From Alphaproteobacteria bacterium (GTDB lineage Bacteria; Pseudomonadota; Alphaproteobacteria; Caulobacterales; Aquidulcibacteraceae), in NCBI GenBank assembly GCA_016124655.1, contig WGNI01000011.1, forward strand, positions 64,196 through 128,195: 64,000 nucleotides of DNA, written 5' to 3'. Below the pieces are notes generated by a model, which did no database searches, was not told the DNA's origin, and saw only the letters and a list, made by a program, of their open reading frames with translations. Made by a program: the position numbers and the translations under genes. Numbering within the stretch: the first letter of the stretch is position 1; every line of letters starts with the position of its first letter. Shown one piece after another: positions 60,683-64,000 of this stretch.

Positions 60683-61360
60683 ATGCTGGTTCAAGCAACG
60701 CGTGCGGTATCGAACTGGGGCCTGCGCGCGGCGTTCTATGTCTCATTGTTCATATTTGTCGTCGTCGCGCACATTGCCTGCACAACGGCGCTGCGCGCGT
60801 TTGGCGTGGGCGCGGGACCGGCGCTTTTGATCTCCGGCGCAGTGGTGCTCGCCGTCGTGCTGGGCGCGAACGGCGCGGTGGCGCTCTTTCGAAAGCTGCG
60901 AGCCCTGCGCATCGCTCGCGACGCCGCCGCCATCGGCTTGCCGGACGGTCCGTTCTGCCTGGCCTGGGCGCCGGATCCGGCGTGGGAGACGCCCATGCCC
61001 TGGCGCCTGGCGAAGCCGATCCGCGTGCCCTATCCGCCGCTCGCGCGGCGCATGGGCGTGGAGGGGATTGCCGTCATCGCCTTCGAAATCGGCTCCGACG
61101 GCCGCGCGCGACACCTCCATTGCGTCGACGCTTGGCCGCACGACGCCTTCTACGCCGCCGCCGCGGCGGCGTTGCGCGATGCGCACTTTATCCCCAAGCG
61201 CGGCGTGCGCCCCCGCATGGGAGAGCCATACCGTCTTCCGTTTCTGTTCCGCATCGCTGGCAGCGCCGACATCGCTCACGCCGGCGCGCGGGCGCGCCCG
61301 CATCGGCCAATGGTGTCGGCGGCGGCGCAAGCGCTGGAGCGGTTTCGCCGCGCCGCTTAA
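60683..61360 (+). CDS. TonB family protein with a C-terminal TonB domain
   Basis: It has an N-terminal TM anchor and the TonB_C pattern (PPLARRMGVEGIAVIAFEIGSDGRARHLHCV...AAAALRDAHFIP). Confidence 0.55.
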   Translation: MLVQATRAVSNWGLRAAFYVSLFIFVVVAHIACTTALRAFGVGAGPALLISGAVVLAVVLGANGAVALFRKLRALRIARDAAAIGLPDGPFCLAWAPDPAWETPMPWRLAKPIRVPYPPLARRMGVEGIAVIAFEIGSDGRARHLHCVDAWPHDAFYAAAAAALRDAHFIPKRGVRPRMGEPYRLPFLFRIAGSADIAHAGARARPHRPMVSAAAQALERFRRAA

Positions 61361-61475
61361 CCATCAGTCAAGATCGGCGCCGCTCACTGACGGGAACCAT
61401 GCGATGCCCGTTTCCATTGCCGCTGCTCTGCGGGAGGATGGCGGTTAGGGCGGGGCGATTCGGCAAGGGGCTGTC

Positions 61476-63929
61476 GTGGACGGAAATTTCGCGGCGTTTG
61501 TAGTGGCGGCGGGCGCAGCGGCGATCGGCATCGCCGCGCTTCTCTGGGCGATGCGCGTGACCGATGGCGCCCGTGGACTCGTCGCGCGCTCCAAAGACCG
61601 CATCCGCGAGTTGGAAGACGTCATCGCCCGCGCCGACGCCGTGTTCGGCGCCCATCCCGGCGTGGTGTTGATCTGGGCGGAGGATCAGCCCGGCGCCAAC
61701 GACGCCGATTGGGGCGCGCCGCGCATGTACGGCTCGCCGCTTGCGCTCGCGAGCCTGCTGCGCTTTTCCGATTCCTCCATCGCCGCCGACCCAGCGGTGC
61801 GCATGCTGCAGGGGCTCTCCGGGTTTGAGGCGACCGATGCGACCGGCGGCTCGACACGGCTTGCGCCTGCGCTGGCGCGCCTCCGCCGCGAAGGCGCGCC
61901 GTTCTCGCTGACGATCTCCACGCCGGCGGGCGTATTTATCGAGATCGACGGCCGCACCGCTGGCGCCCGCGCGGTGGTCTGGGTGATCGACGCCAGCGTG
62001 CGCGGCGTTGAGGAGGGCGGCGCGCGCGGCCGGCTCGACGAAGCGCGCCAGGTGATCGCGCGCGATCCAGCAGCATTTCTGGAAGTGCTGGCCCAGGCGC
62101 CCTTCATGTCATGGCGCGTCTCCGGCGGCCTCAAGCTCGAATGGGCCAACCCGCCATACCTCGAAGTGCTTGAGGCGAGATCGCTGGAGCATGCGATTTC
62201 GCGCAACATGTCGCTCGATCAATCGATCTCCGAACAGGCGCGCCGCGTCATCGACAGCGGCCAGGCCAGCGATGAAGTGCACCCGCTTTCCGTGCGCGGA
62301 GAACGGCGCGCATTTCGCGTGCATATGATTCCCGTCGGCGGCGGCGCCGCCGGCATGGCGTTCGACGTCACCGAGGCGGAAATCGCGCGTGAGACGCTTG
62401 CGCGCCAATCCAAGGCGCACGATGAGACGCTCAATTCGCTTGCCGAAGGCGTCGCCGTGTTCGACGCCGAACGCCGTCTTGTCTTCTTCAATCGCGCCTT
62501 CGCCGAAATGTGGGAGCTCGACGCAGCATTCCTGCAGGAAAAGCCGACCCATGCCGCCTGGCTGGACGCGCTCAAGCAGCGGCGGAAGCTTCCCGCGCAC
62601 GCGAATTATCCGGAATGGCGCGCCGGCGAACTTGCACACTATCAGGACGTCTCCGATCTGCGTCAGGACCTTTGGGTGCTGCCCGATGGGCGAACATTGC
62701 GCATCGTACGCCAGCGCCACCCCTTGGGCGGCCTTTTGCTGGTGTTCTCCGATATGACCAATGAGTTGACGCTCCGCAGCCAGTACAACGCGCTCCTTGG
62801 CGTGCAAAAGGCCGCGCTCGACCGGTTGCACGAAGCGATTGCGGTGTTCGGGCTCGACGGCCGCATGAAATTGTCCAACGCGTCCTTTGCGAAATTGTGG
62901 GGCATCGCGCCGGACGAGATCGAAGCCGACATGGCCTTCGACGATGTCGTCGAACATTGCCGGCACCTGTTTCATGACCGCACGGAATGGGCCAACATCC
63001 GCGCGCGCATCACCGATCCCTCGCCGGAAGCGCGCCAGGAATTTCGCGGTCAGATGCGCCGCTCCGATGAGACGGTGGTGGATTTCCTCACCCGGCCGCT
63101 GCCGGACGGCGCCACGCTCGTCGCCTTCCTCGACATCACCGACAGCCAGCGCGTGCAAAACGCGCTGCACGATCGCGCCGAAGCGCTGGAGGCGGCGGAT
63201 CGCCTGAAGACGGAATTCGTCCAGAACGTGTCCTATCAGCTGCGCAATCCGCTGCAGGCCATCCACGGCAACGCGGAAATGCTGGCCCAGCGCCTGTTCG
63301 GCCCGCTGAACGATCGCCAGACCGATCAGGTCGGCGCCATCATCGAAGCCTCGGACACCTTGACCAAGCTGGTGGAGAACATTCTCGATCTCGCCAGCAT
63401 CGAAGCCGGCGGCGTCGAACTGGATGTGTCGATCGTCGATCTGCGCACGGCCTTCGAAGACAGCGTGCAGCTTGCCGCGTCCAAGGCGCGCGACGCTGAA
63501 GTGACCATCAAGATCGATGTCGATCCCGCCATCGCGAACTTCAAAGGCGACGAAAAACGCATCCGCCAAATTCTGTTTCACCTTCTGTCGAACGCCTATC
63601 GCGCAAGCGATCGCGGCGACGAGATCACCATCGGCGCGCACAAGATCGACGGCATGGTGCGCGTCTTCGTGTCCGACACCGGCGTCGGCATTCCGTTTGA
63701 ATCGCAAGCCGCCGCCTTCGACAGCTTTGAGAGCGGCGATCGGCGCGGGGCGGGCTTGGGCCTCGCGCTCGTGCGCTCCTTCGTCGAGATGCACGGCGGC
63801 TGGGTCGCGCTGCAATCCGAGCCCGGCCGCGGCACCACCGTGTCCTGTCACTTCCCGATGTTGCCCAAGCCGTCGCCGCCGGCGCCGAAGCCGCTGCCGC
63901 CGCTGGAGCTGAAAATCCGCGCTGCGTGA
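61476..63929 (+). CDS. Multi-PAS sensor histidine kinase (HisKA plus HATPase_c)
   Basis: It has a TM N-terminus, several PAS-like modules, an H-box (QLRNPLQAIHGNAEML), and N/G boxes (LLSNAYRAS, GAGLGLALV). GTG start. Confidence 0.75.
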   Translation: MDGNFAAFVVAAGAAAIGIAALLWAMRVTDGARGLVARSKDRIRELEDVIARADAVFGAHPGVVLIWAEDQPGANDADWGAPRMYGSPLALASLLRFSDSSIAADPAVRMLQGLSGFEATDATGGSTRLAPALARLRREGAPFSLTISTPAGVFIEIDGRTAGARAVVWVIDASVRGVEEGGARGRLDEARQVIARDPAAFLEVLAQAPFMSWRVSGGLKLEWANPPYLEVLEARSLEHAISRNMSLDQSISEQARRVIDSGQASDEVHPLSVRGERRAFRVHMIPVGGGAAGMAFDVTEAEIARETLARQSKAHDETLNSLAEGVAVFDAERRLVFFNRAFAEMWELDAAFLQEKPTHAAWLDALKQRRKLPAHANYPEWRAGELAHYQDVSDLRQDLWVLPDGRTLRIVRQRHPLGGLLLVFSDMTNELTLRSQYNALLGVQKAALDRLHEAIAVFGLDGRMKLSNASFAKLWGIAPDEIEADMAFDDVVEHCRHLFHDRTEWANIRARITDPSPEARQEFRGQMRRSDETVVDFLTRPLPDGATLVAFLDITDSQRVQNALHDRAEALEAADRLKTEFVQNVSYQLRNPLQAIHGNAEMLAQRLFGPLNDRQTDQVGAIIEASDTLTKLVENILDLASIEAGGVELDVSIVDLRTAFEDSVQLAASKARDAEVTIKIDVDPAIANFKGDEKRIRQILFHLLSNAYRASDRGDEITIGAHKIDGMVRVFVSDTGVGIPFESQAAAFDSFESGDRRGAGLGLALVRSFVEMHGGWVALQSEPGRGTTVSCHFPMLPKPSPPAPKPLPPLELKIRAA

Positions 63930-64000
63930 GTCCGGCGCTACCGCCGAGGCCGGACCGGATCGGTCATCGCAGGCGTGGGCCCGCCAGGCATGATCGGGCG

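Overview
This is a high-GC (about 65-68%) alphaproteobacterial chromosomal segment with three distinct parts. (1) Positions 1-18.1 kb hold a lipid or branched-chain acyl-CoA catabolic gene cluster: alpha/beta hydrolase, DJ-1/PfpI protein, MaoC dehydratase, MFS transporter, TetR regulator, thiolase, PhyH dioxygenase, class II aldolase, three acyl-CoA synthetases, TonB-dependent receptor, MFE-2-like SDR, crotonase, and TauD/TfdA dioxygenase. A conserved palindromic operator-like motif occurs at four of its promoters, with a fifth degenerate copy. (2) Positions 18.4-25.8 kb hold a roughly 7.3-kb lower-GC integrative element inserted at the 3' end of a tRNA-Ser(CGA) gene. It is bounded by a 14-bp direct repeat of the tRNA 3' end and carries a P4-type tyrosine integrase, an AlpA-like excisionase, a primase-helicase, an iteron array beside the primase gene, a phage terminase small subunit, and small secreted or lipoprotein cargo. 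This is the gene content of a phage satellite (PICI/PICMI-like) and is the most interesting system in the window. On the other side of the tRNA lies an MmeI-family type IIL restriction-modification gene that is split by a frameshift and carries an in-frame palindromic insertion. (3) Positions 29.5-64 kb are housekeeping and core genes: rplU-rpmA, two adjacent non-canonical tRNA-like genes, an SPFH protein, KpsF, rpoD-dnaG, kup, argG, a CaCA antiporter, a LysE exporter, chvI-chvG followed by EIIA(Man) and NPr with no hprK, ahcY preceded by a structured leader, an alpha/beta-hydrolase-OsmC fusion, a TonB-like protein, and a PAS histidine kinase. Many antisense and overlapping ORFs in the six-frame track are high-GC artefacts and are not reported as genes.
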